Positions 9,447 through 20,200 of a stretch of 64,000 bases of DNA are shown here, one piece after another. The translations under genes and the position numbers were made by a program. Positions within the stretch are counted from its first letter, which is position 1. Each line of letters begins with the position of its first letter. Source of the stretch: a virus (lineage: Duplodnaviria; Caudoviricetes). The notes beneath the pieces were generated by a model. It searched no databases. It was not told where the DNA came from and saw only the letters and a program-made list of their open reading frames with translations. The DNA lies in the IMG/VR virus record IMGVR_UViG_3300048672_000970, positions 1 through 64,000 of that record, one strand, 5' to 3'.

Positions 9447-10079
9447 TTACTTCTTGTTCGCCATTTCTTTAAGGACGTTTAAGCGCGCACTGGTAGTGTA
9501 CTTTTTAATGTCCACTGAAGGTATCTTAGTGACAACGGGCGCTGCCACCGGAGTTTCTATCTGTTTCAATTTCTCCTTAACTGTCTCGTTAATCTGGTCT
9601 GTTTTTGCCATCTGATTGATGATGCTAAATCTAGGTTTTTCAACTTTTACTTCTGCTACTGGCGGTGTAACGTCCTTAACATCCTTTTTCTCCGGTTCTT
9701 CAGATTTCTTGAAATACGATTTGATACTTGGCACAGTAATCGGTTCTTCAACAGTTTCAATTTCAGGTTCAGGTTCTTTTTCAGCCACAGATGGTGTAAA
9801 AACGTTAACGGCCGTTAAATCCTGTTCCAATCTAATAGGCATCTTGACAGGCGTAACAATGTTGCCATTCGATATGATTTCAATTTCAAAGTTTGCACTT
9901 GACGCAGAAGATAAGTAAGATTCTCTTAAATCAATTTCGGCCTCCCACTCGTTTCCATTTTGCTTGGCAAGAAATGCGAGGGTTGGTTGTTCACCGACCA
10001 AACATCTGACAATCAATCCATGTTGCGAATTAGTAAAAACGGAAAACGCAACTTTGTTCGGTACGTTTGTATAAAGCAT
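9447..10079 (-). CDS. Hypothetical protein
   Basis: 210-aa ORF with a low-complexity E/K/P linker. Confidence 0.65.
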   Translation of the reverse strand: MLYTNVPNKVAFSVFTNSQHGLIVRCLVGEQPTLAFLAKQNGNEWEAEIDLRESYLSSASSANFEIEIISNGNIVTPVKMPIRLEQDLTAVNVFTPSVAEKEPEPEIETVEEPITVPSIKSYFKKSEEPEKKDVKDVTPPVAEVKVEKPRFSIINQMAKTDQINETVKEKLKQIETPVAAPVVTKIPSVDIKKYTTSARLNVLKEMANKK

Positions 10080-10082
10080 GAG

Positions 10083-10493
10083 TTATCCTTTGCTGAAGAA
10101 AATATCGGTCGTTCGAGCTTTCAACGAATTGATGTTATCGAACGAAACATGAATTGGGGTGAACACCATAGATTGCTCGGCATACTGGTCATTCAGTTTT
10201 AAGCCTGAGACGGCATACAGACCAGCCGGTGAAATAACAGACCTAGATTTGTAAGTGCGGTCTTGAAATGAGACAGTTACCAGTAACGTCTGGACGTTAT
10301 CGATTTCAAAATCCAACGGAGTAATTTCCCAATCTCTACTCTGCACCGCCATCAATGAAGATGGGCCAATACCCCCACCCGCAATGGATGATTTCTCTTT
10401 TTTAACTAAAAGAGCTGAAACGATTTTAGCGCGTCTAGGATTCTCTAACCCGTTAATCGAGTCAAAGAGAATCCTATTTCCATTTATGCTCAT
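10083..10493 (-). CDS. Hypothetical protein (late-promoter motif upstream)
   Basis: 136-aa ORF; TAAATA at 10517-10522 on the minus strand. Confidence 0.65.
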   Translation of the reverse strand: MSINGNRILFDSINGLENPRRAKIVSALLVKKEKSSIAGGGIGPSSLMAVQSRDWEITPLDFEIDNVQTLLVTVSFQDRTYKSRSVISPAGLYAVSGLKLNDQYAEQSMVFTPIHVSFDNINSLKARTTDIFFSKG

Positions 10494-10526
10494 TCGGAAA
10501 TACTGGTGTCAGCCAGTATTTACTTG

Positions 10527-13500
10527 TTAGACATAGAAATTCGGTGCCCGTGCTTTCGTGCCTATACCAGTTGATTGATAATGTAGGTCACAACTTAACA
10601 AGAATGGATTGGTAGCTGCCGACAATGTGTTACCCGTTAATGACACTCTCACCATGATGAGTGTGTCTGGTTCAATTAACGCAGTATCAATTAGAGAAGC
10701 AGAGCCACCAGCGACTGTTAGAGCCGTTTCCGCAATAAAATGCTCATATTGAGTGGTAGGAGTGGCAGTTTGTGTCACTGACGTGGTTTTAGCGGCTGCA
10801 AATGCGGCCTGTTGATGACCCTTTGCAGCAGTCACATCAAACGTCCATGTCACGCCGCCTGTGGTGACGGTTGTGCTGTTATGAGTCCAATGGGTATGGA
10901 TATAAACGACCGTCCCCGGAACGTAATCATGGTCAACGTGGAATGTAAGCCAAATTTCCTGATTGACAGTAAATTGGTATGCATAGATGTTCGTCATGAT
11001 GGCCGCCCACGTTGGGTTATTAACACCCGACCCACGAACGACAAGCTGCCCGATTAAATCACGGAACGGGAAAGTTGGCGTTGTTGTATCAACCTGAATA
11101 CCTAATCCAGAAGTTTTCTGAATGATGACGTTTGACGCAGATTTGATAGTTCCGTTAATGTCAGCGGCGTTAGCATTCACTGAAGCGAACCGTAAAGCCG
11201 TTGTACCAATATTTCCAGTGCCGGCGGTAAACGGCTGCAAATCACTTGCGACTACCGCCAAGCCAGTTGTCGTATTTGAATACAGGCGCATCGCACCACC
11301 CGCATCAAGCAATTGGATACCACCACGGAAAGTGGCGTTAGATGTGCCAGAAATGAGCCATGTTGCATTGGAAGCTGTGCCCATGATGACATTCAATGCA
11401 CCCGTAAATGTGTTGGGGGTGGTCAAAGCTCCGTATGACGCGCTGTATCCAACTGCTTGTAGTGCACCGCCGCCCGTTCCAGAAGTGAAATAATTTCTTC
11501 CCTGTGCGACATAAATTGAATATACATCCGTCATCGTTGTATTTGTACTTGCCACTGGTGTTCCGGCAATATATAACGAACTTGCGCGAGTATAAGTAGA
11601 AGCTGACGTGGCCGCAACAGTCATGCGGCCGATAGAACTCGCTGCCAAATCTGCAATAGAACCACCATTCACTTGAACAGATTTTGTCTCAATGCTCAAA
11701 TCAATACCACTGGCAGTAACTGGAATACTACCTGTCGCGGAAGATGCCATTTGGTCTAAATGTTTATTAAACACCACAGCCGTCGTGTTAAGTGTATCAG
11801 TGGATTTTGTGTATCCAGTGAACGTTCTGCCACCGTTAGCTGTACCCGCTGATACAGTAACTAACGCTCCAGCCAATTCAGCTACAGTATCCGCATCAGT
11901 GGCTCGTGTTAACACCCATGGGACGGTTGTGCTGCCAACTGTAGTCACCGTGTAAATTCCGCGATATGCGGCGCCAGCATTCAGGCCGGCAACAGTAGTG
12001 ATGTCTTTAACTAAAACTCTATCGTTAACCGTGGCAGCAGTTCCATCAGGGGTGAATGCGGCGATAGTTTGTGCAAACGTATGGCTGACCGTTGTGCCGG
12101 CTGCGATACCTGCATTAACATACCCTTGAACAGTTGCGGTAACCGTTTCTGTACTAGCCCAAGAAACAGATGAAGTGGTGCAGGCCGTAACGGTAAATGT
12201 TCCGTTATAAGTGGTAGGAGTGGCCCCTGAAATTGTGATAGACGCACCCACTGCATATGGTGCATAAGTTTTCGCTGCAAAAGTGGCAGTAGCCGTAGTT
12301 CCCGTGCCAGTAATGGCAGTGGTAATTAAATTAGTGATACTACCCTGAACAGTTGCAGTTACGGTTTCTGCACTAGCCCAAGAAACGGTGGTCGTGGTGC
12401 AGGCAGTGACGGTAAATGTTCCGTTATAAGTTGTCGGAGTGGCACCAGACACATAGATGGTTGAGCCAACAGAATATGGCGCTCCAGCTTGCGCAGCAAA
12501 CGTGGCAGTAGCTGTACCGGCTGCGCCAGTGATAGCTGTTGTTGCCAACGTCCATCCCGGAACGTTTTGCGCAATAGCTACCGTCGCACTTGAGATAGTT
12601 GGAATGAGGGTATTGGCCGGAATATTTGTAGTGGCAACTGAAACGGCTGCACCGACTTTAACACCAACTGTTGACGCAAGTGTTAAAGACAAACTGTTAA
12701 GTGTGGTGGTAACAGTCGTAGTATTGGTATTAGAATATCCAGTAAGGACGTTAGCTGAAAAGGTGCTGGGTGCAATATCAACGGTAGTGGCCCATTTCAC
12801 TAATTTATGCGCGAACAATGGCGAATGAGTTGCCATGTCAAAGGTAGACCAAGTGGGTGCTGCTGCTCCATTTGATTGCAGAATTTGAGCTGCAGTACCA
12901 GCAGCAGTTCCCGCTAATGAAGTGGCAGTATCTGCATAAGCAACACCCCATTGGGTGATGGCATTAATACTCTTTCCATCGACAGTTGCCGCATCGCCAT
13001 CAATGGACGTGATACCCGTTAACGCAATAGCCCCCGAAGCTCTATTCAGTGCAATGGACGTGGTGCCAATGAAAACAGATGAATTACCTAAGACCGCCGC
13101 AGGTATGGTGCCTGATAAGTTACCCGCCGTTAAGGACGTTAACGCTGCTCCAGACCCTGAGAATGATGATGCAAACACTGCCCCACCGACACCAAGGCCG
13201 CCTGCAATTGTTAAAGCGCCAGTGGATGTGGACGTTGATGCGGTAGCTAAACTAATTGCAACTGACGTAGAACTAATGGTGGCACGCGATGCACCAGCAG
13301 CATAAAGAATCAGATTTCCAGATGCGCCGGAAGAAATGACGAGTGCATTACTTTCAGCCACATTCGTTGTACTTCGCATCAGAATTGATGCAGTGTTTGT
13401 CCCATTGCTTAGAATCAATCTAGCATCTGAACCTGTACCGGTATCCGGGTTAGTAATTGATAATGACGTACTTCCGACAGTAGTGGCAGAAATACTACTT

Positions 13501-14222
13501 GAAGCTCCCGCATAAATTGCTCCACCGACACCCAATCCACCAGTAATTGTTAATGCACCCGTCGATGTACTAGACGAAGCGGTGTTATTGGTGATAGAAA
13601 CTGCACCAGAAGACGTTAATCCAGTCAACGTCCCTACGGACGTGATACTTGATAAATTATTGGTATGAATCAATTTATACCAAGTACCCCAAGTCGTACT
13701 AGAACCCGACCGATGCCAGATATTGTCATTATCGGTGAAAGCTAATTGATGCGCTTTGCCACCCGACCAATCAGTGCCGGAGCCATATTGACGGATAGAC
13801 ATGACTCCATTAAATGAGCCACCATCCGCCAAAGAATTTGTCGTATTGCTTTTGAAATCTGCCCAAATACCGGGCGAGGCGGTAGTTTCAGGAGTATCAA
13901 CCACTGCACGAGTATCAGACACAACCATTTTTGTACTTGACCCGGCTAGTCCGTCAATTGAAATACCTGTGAGTGATTGTGCGCCGCTGGCTCTGTCAAG
14001 TGTGATGGCGGTTGTACCAAGGTTAACGGTCGTGGACAGCGCGCCGAAATATCCTTTTCTGAATACCAACGTCGATGACCCAATATCTTGTGTCCCGGTG
14101 GCAGCCGGTAACAAATGTTTCGACGCAGAGATATTGAAAGCGTTGCCAATTGTCAAATCAGCAACGTTGAAAATATTTTGATATGCTTCAAATCCGGCTT
14201 GTGTAAAAGATGCTAGTGCCAT
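10527..14222 (-). CDS. Tail fibre / receptor-binding protein (1231 aa)
   Basis: T/A/G/S-rich fibre repeats (ASTSTSTGALTIAGGLGVGG), a knob-like WGTWYKL domain, RVLVKD...WVLTRATDAD fibre motif. Confidence 0.85.
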   Translation of the reverse strand: MALASFTQAGFEAYQNIFNVADLTIGNAFNISASKHLLPAATGTQDIGSSTLVFRKGYFGALSTTVNLGTTAITLDRASGAQSLTGISIDGLAGSSTKMVVSDTRAVVDTPETTASPGIWADFKSNTTNSLADGGSFNGVMSIRQYGSGTDWSGGKAHQLAFTDNDNIWHRSGSSTTWGTWYKLIHTNNLSSITSVGTLTGLTSSGAVSITNNTASSSTSTGALTITGGLGVGGAIYAGASSSISATTVGSTSLSITNPDTGTGSDARLILSNGTNTASILMRSTTNVAESNALVISSGASGNLILYAAGASRATISSTSVAISLATASTSTSTGALTIAGGLGVGGAVFASSFSGSGAALTSLTAGNLSGTIPAAVLGNSSVFIGTTSIALNRASGAIALTGITSIDGDAATVDGKSINAITQWGVAYADTATSLAGTAAGTAAQILQSNGAAAPTWSTFDMATHSPLFAHKLVKWATTVDIAPSTFSANVLTGYSNTNTTTVTTTLNSLSLTLASTVGVKVGAAVSVATTNIPANTLIPTISSATVAIAQNVPGWTLATTAITGAAGTATATFAAQAGAPYSVGSTIYVSGATPTTYNGTFTVTACTTTTVSWASAETVTATVQGSITNLITTAITGTGTTATATFAAKTYAPYAVGASITISGATPTTYNGTFTVTACTTSSVSWASTETVTATVQGYVNAGIAAGTTVSHTFAQTIAAFTPDGTAATVNDRVLVKDITTVAGLNAGAAYRGIYTVTTVGSTTVPWVLTRATDADTVAELAGALVTVSAGTANGGRTFTGYTKSTDTLNTTAVVFNKHLDQMASSATGSIPVTASGIDLSIETKSVQVNGGSIADLAASSIGRMTVAATSASTYTRASSLYIAGTPVASTNTTMTDVYSIYVAQGRNYFTSGTGGGALQAVGYSASYGALTTPNTFTGALNVIMGTASNATWLISGTSNATFRGGIQLLDAGGAMRLYSNTTTGLAVVASDLQPFTAGTGNIGTTALRFASVNANAADINGTIKSASNVIIQKTSGLGIQVDTTTPTFPFRDLIGQLVVRGSGVNNPTWAAIMTNIYAYQFTVNQEIWLTFHVDHDYVPGTVVYIHTHWTHNSTTVTTGGVTWTFDVTAAKGHQQAAFAAAKTTSVTQTATPTTQYEHFIAETALTVAGGSASLIDTALIEPDTLIMVRVSLTGNTLSAATNPFLLSCDLHYQSTGIGTKARAPNFYV
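12122..12540 (-). repeat. Tandem ~73-codon intragenic duplication in fibre 1
   Basis: SGATPTTYNGTFTVTACTT..VSWAS.ETVTATVQG occurs twice with a 219-nt period. Confidence 0.9.
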
Positions 14223-14251
14223 TTCAATACCCTTTGAATGTTATTTATTGC

Positions 14252-17200
14252 TCACAGCTTATTGAAATATGCTGACAAGTACCAATCCGGAAAATCAGAT
14301 GCTCCACCACCAATTTCAAGGATAGCCGTTGCTGAAAATGGAATACCGTAAATGTTTCCGTTAGGGGCCAGCACACCGCCAATATATTTGTCAGCAGTGC
14401 CTAAACTACCAAACGTTGAAGCAGTATCAGTATTCGGGTCGATCACTAATACTGATGTACTGGTTCTAGGCAATCCATAAATTTTTCCGTTAGGTGCCAG
14501 TACGGCACCACACCATTTTGCTGTTCCAGCTAATGAACCCTTGGTAGTTGCTGTCCCTGCTACCGGGTCAATAACTAGAAAATCGGTGGCTGAATAAGGC
14601 ACTGCGTAAATTTTTCCGTTAGGAGCCAATGCGCATCCCATATATTTTGTCGCTGTGGCCGAGAGAGTGCCAATAGTTGTGTAAGTGTCTGTTGACGGGT
14701 CTACCACTAACACAGTGGTAGCACTTGCTGGCGCGAAATAAATTTTGCCATTTAGTGCCAATGCACCCGTTTGATATGAACTTAAACCCGAACCAATCGT
14801 ATAAGTGGTTTGTGTTGCCGGGTCGATGACTAAAATATTTCCACTAGACCCCGGCGCGCAATAGATTTTCCCGTTTGGAGCTAACACCCCTCCCCACCAT
14901 TTGATACTGCCAGTGGCGCCCAATGAACCAAATTGAGTAATTACATTGGTTGCTGGGTCTAGTTCAGCAACTGTCCCGACAAAAGACGGAATGGCATAAA
15001 TTTTTCCATTTTGCCCTAACACACCGCCAACATACGCACTAGCCCCTTGTGCGGCACCAATAGATACTGTAACTCCGGTATCTGGGTCAAAACTGCGGAA
15101 CGGCACCGAGCCATACGGAATCATGTAGATTTTTCCGTTTGGCGCTAATACACCCCCGGTGTATTTTGATGAGCCTGTAATCGCACCTGAACCCGAACGA
15201 ATGGTAGTAACGGTGAACCCTGAAGTTCCTGCTGAAGAATTGGTAAAATCATTCGGCATTGAGCTAACAACCGTGATGCTACCCGCACCATCAACTCCCG
15301 TTGAAGAAAACGCTGTATCGCCTGTTAACGCCGTTTGAATGGCTGCTGCAACTTGAATGGCAGTAGCGCCCGTTGTGATAGATGCCAGCACATAACGTCC
15401 GGCGCCTGACGCCGGTTGAGTGCCAGCACCAGAAACTTGAAACCAGACATCAATAATTTGCTCAACCCCAGAAGGGTTAATTGCACCAGCAGTTCCTTGA
15501 GGGCCATACAACCTGAAATATGTACCTGCTAATGAACCCGCCACATCTGCCACGCAAGTTATTTTAGTGGTTTCATAAGTCGCCGCTGCAAAACTAAGTG
15601 AAGCTTCTTGAGCAGGTAATGAAAACAGGCTGGCGACAGAGTTTTTAACCGAGCTTCTTCCAGCGACAGTAACGACTGGTGCAGTAATTGAGGTGTCATT
15701 AGTGATAGCACCCGTGGTTGCAATTCCGGCTGAATTGACGGTCACACGGTCTACAACCGTGTTGGCAGTAGCGCCTGAACCAGCAGTAACACCGGCTTGA
15801 ATAACTACCGCACCACTGTTTCCAGTACCTTTTCCTAAACCTGGACGAATAGTTAAATTAACACCGGCTGTATCATTGGTGCTAGTATTGGAACCTCTGA
15901 TAATCGTAGCAGATGCGGATGCAACTGAATCCCCATTACCAAAAATAATGTCTCCAGCAGCATTGATACGATGCCGCTCGGTTAACGTTCCTGAAGTATT
16001 GGCAACGTTCACCACGTAAGATGCATTATTGGCCGTTGCACTGGCAGTTTCTTGCAAACCATCAATTCTAACTACTTCCACTGCACTTGCTGACCCTGGA
16101 GCAGCAATGACAAACCCTGTTCCTCGGCCGCTGCCGCCATTACCGGAAGAACTAATGCGCTGTGCAAGCGCAACGCCAGCAATGCCGGGCGTTTCAACAT
16201 GTAATCTGTAAGTGCTGCTTCCTGTAACAGAACCGAAATAAACATTTCCACCTGTGGTTAGCGTTCCGTTAATGAATGCATTACCGCCTGAACCAATACC
16301 ACCCGATACAACTAGCGCGCCAGTGGTTGTACTGGTTGAAGCTGTGGTATCGGTAATTGATACTGCGCCAGAAGAAGTTAAACCAGTTAACGTCCCTAAA
16401 GAAGTAATAGCCGTTTGTGCTGCACCAGTGACCGTTGCTGCACTGCCAGTAACACTGATTGACCAAGTGCCGGAAGCTCCAGTTCCAGTAAGAGTTGGGG
16501 AGTAAGTGTTATACGAAGCCGACGTTAAAATTTCTTTCCATGCTGTCCAGTTGTCGGTAGTGTCACGAAGTCCCCGATACCACAATGAATTGGAAGTATG
16601 CCATGACCCAGCGATTTCAATACTACCACCCGTTCCGCGCCCAAACCCTAACGTCGCCCAATAAGCTACTGGCGTGGTATCACCTAAAGAAGCATTGGTA
16701 GTATTTTGAGTATAAACACCTGCCGCTGGCGAATTCCGGCCGGTGCTGGCAGCGATGTTACTTCCAAGAGATGCAGTAACAGTGTTAACTTGAGTATTAG
16801 TTAAAGTGGAAGTGAACGTATAGGTAGTTAAATCATTTACTAACGAAATAGCCCAACCCGTATTCCACGATGCCACGCCAAACGTACTTTGCGCACCAGA
16901 CCAGCGAACAACCTCCACCCGTGGATATTGCCATAATGAGCCAGTAGTTGCATTTTCATCGCCAATGACAATCACGCATTTTGTGCCATCATGCCCGAAT
17001 CTCACTTTATAGTTTTGAGTAACATCCGGTTGTCCAACGATTCTGGCGCTAGTGTTAAACCATTGAGTAGACGGCTGATAGTTGTATCCAGAGCAATACA
17101 AATCAAATCCTTGCCCCGCTGCATATAAAAACACTCTTATATGCATATCCATCATGGTAGTAGTCCATGATTGCGGTAGAGTGATAACAAAAGCCCCGCG

Positions 17201-20200
17201 CAAGTTCGCGGCGGCATTAGAATATTTTGCTCCACCCGGAGTGAAAATGGTAGTCGTCGCGGCGGATATAGAGGCATAGCCGTTGGTTGCAACGATGGCA
17301 TCACTCACACCCACGCCACCCGCGACGACCAGCGCACCTGTGGTAGCAGACGTGGAAGCCGTTGTGGCCGCCAGTGATAATTGTCCAGCGGCAGTTAGCG
17401 TGGCATAAGTAGTACCATTATTCGTACTGAACGTTAGATAACCACCCGTCGTCCCTGCGCCCCGGAAGAAACTGATACCAGCATTCAATGAGCCAGAGTA
17501 TTCAAGGCCAATTCTTGCAGCTTCAGTGCTAACGGCGGTTCCGGCACCATTTCGGATATTCAATCTAAAGTTCGTATCACCCTGGAATCGGGTCAGTGAT
17601 GCGGTTAAAGCACTTGCGGTACTATTAGCCGTATTGTATGTTCCGGCAAATAGGTCGCCGGCAATACCAACCCCGCCCGCAACCGTTAACGCACCAGTTG
17701 TGGTATTGGTGGATGCTGTCGCATTGGTGATGTTGACCACTCCAGAAGATGTCAATCCCGTTAACGTCCCTAAAGAAGTAATTGCAGTTTGCGCCGCGCC
17801 AGTGACTGTCGCCGCACTTCCATCAATTGAAATTCCGGTCAATGATTGAGCACCACTTGCGCGATTGAGGGTAATACTCGTCGTGCCTAAGTTAAATGAA
17901 TCAGCCGTGTTTACCGCATCAGTAATACCGTATCCAGAAATGGTAGTTGGTTTATTTCCGACATCTGCCCAATTAGTTGAAACCAGTGGGCCAAATTCTA
18001 CATCTTCAATAGTTCCAGAAGACAGCGTAAAAATGGATGAGTCAAAATAAAGCGAGGCAGTGACCGTGGCTGCAACTGTTCTAACAATCGTACCGTTTTT
18101 GTAATATTTGACATTCACACCGTCATACGTGATACTGATAATGTCACCTACGGCAACAGTGGTCAAGTTTGAATAGGCCGTTCCAGATTCATACACACTA
18201 AATGAGGCACTGTTAATATAAACCGCGTAATCAATCCCTGTGTAATTTGAATCGGTTGCCGGGTCGGTATTCAATCCGACCATATAAGCGGTGGAAAGAT
18301 TCGCAATTCTGAATCTAACAAATGAACCACCTGCATATCCAACTGTTGAATATGCACCTGCATCCCATGTACTGTTCACCCCGCCAGTTTTTCTAATTTT
18401 GTTTCCGTTGATAGTGACGTTCGTGCCGACTAATCCTAACGCATTGCCAATACCAGAAGGTGAAGCGAAAAGTTTAGTGTAATCAGATTCGGAGCCGTCC
18501 ATTACTTCAAATTTTGGTTTCCCCCATTGAGCGGTACAAATTTGAGTAGCGGCCGTTGGTTTATGCAGGCCAGAACGCATTCTAAATTGGGTGACGGCTG
18601 CATTCCAGTTAAAATCGGTTAAAGTAGAAACTACCCCTGGCGCTGCATTATCACCAGTATCCATATCAATCAGTTTAGCCTGATTGGTAAAACCAGTAAC
18701 ACCTGTTGGATAAATGTGCCCAACCAGAAGATACCATTTATTCTGAATTAGGTTGGCGATGTTTACCGCAAGGAAATACGCATTTGAGTTAGTAGTCGAG
18801 GTGTTAAGTGTATCAACTACATTGGCAACCGCAGTAGCACCAATATAAATTACATGCCCATCAGTATTGGCACTGGTGCGGCGAATTGGCATGATAAACC
18901 GATAAGTCCGGTCTGGATAAACTTTAACCAGTTTTGAATATGGGCCGGCAAACCAGTTCAGATTACCAATAATACTATCACCCTGCCATACAACCGAGTA
19001 TTCTCCGTTTGGCATGACAGTATAAGCGGTGGAGTTAGTACCTTGAATACCATACGGGTTCCAGCCGTCTAATGAACTTCCCCACCGTGGAGCTTCCATC
19101 AAGTTATTTTTGACGGAATCATCGTACAGGGCAGTGCCATTATCATCACGGACATTACTTAATGGTAATCCACCAGTAGCTGAAAGCGTGCCACCGATGT
19201 TAACGTTGCCCGCAATACCTACCCCGCCCGAAATAATAACGGCACCAGTCGTGGTGGTAGTTGATGCGGTAGTGCTAGTAACCGAAAGTGAACCATCAGT
19301 ACCAGAGATTTTTGCACGTATAGTTGATGAACCGCCGGCGCCAAAAAGTAAATCTTGCCCTGCACCCGCAGCCACAATACCAAGTGGCGCAGAAGCATTT
19401 TGATACACCACCCCAATTGTTCCAGCCGTGTGACCAAAAATTGTTCCGCTAGATTGCCCAATATATAAATCCGCGCCGGTTGAACTGCCAAATAGCCGTT
19501 GATAAAATTTCGTCAGGCCGGCAGTGCCATCCCCAATCTGAAGTGCTTCCGTTACCGATGTCGTTTTTACCCCAACCCCTGTGGCATTAACGGTAATACC
19601 CCTCGCCCATGAAATAGCACCATCGAGTGCTCCAGTAACCGCCGTATCTAAAGTAATCACGCCGTTATAAGACTCAATTTTAGTCGCTAGGCCGGCTGCT
19701 CGATAATTCCACGTGGCAGTACCAGGGTCATTTCCGGTTGTGTAAGCATTGGTGGCTAAAAACAAATCACCCACGGCGCCATTTGTTCCTGCACCAATTG
19801 AACCCCGCGATTGAAAGTCAATAACTTTTGCTGCAGCATTCCAAGAAGTATGCGGGATGATTCCTAGGCCAATATGCCCGTTGGCATCTTTAACAAACTG
19901 ATTGGAATCTAAATTAACAACACCAGTTCCGGTAATCCCACCCGTGTAGGCCGGTGCGGAGGCATTAAGTTTCAGATTCAACGCCGTCTGGGTGGCGGTA
20001 GAAATTGGCTTATTAACGTCACTCGTGTTATCAACATTGCCCAATCCGACATCACTGGACGTTAACGTAATTACGCCCGTTCTACCGGAAACTGAAGTAA
20101 CTGCATCAGTGAAAGAGATTACCCCCGTAGTGGAATTATAGGCAAGGGAACCCGAAACAGAAATAGCATTTCTAGCACGAGTATTAGTGAAATATAAATT

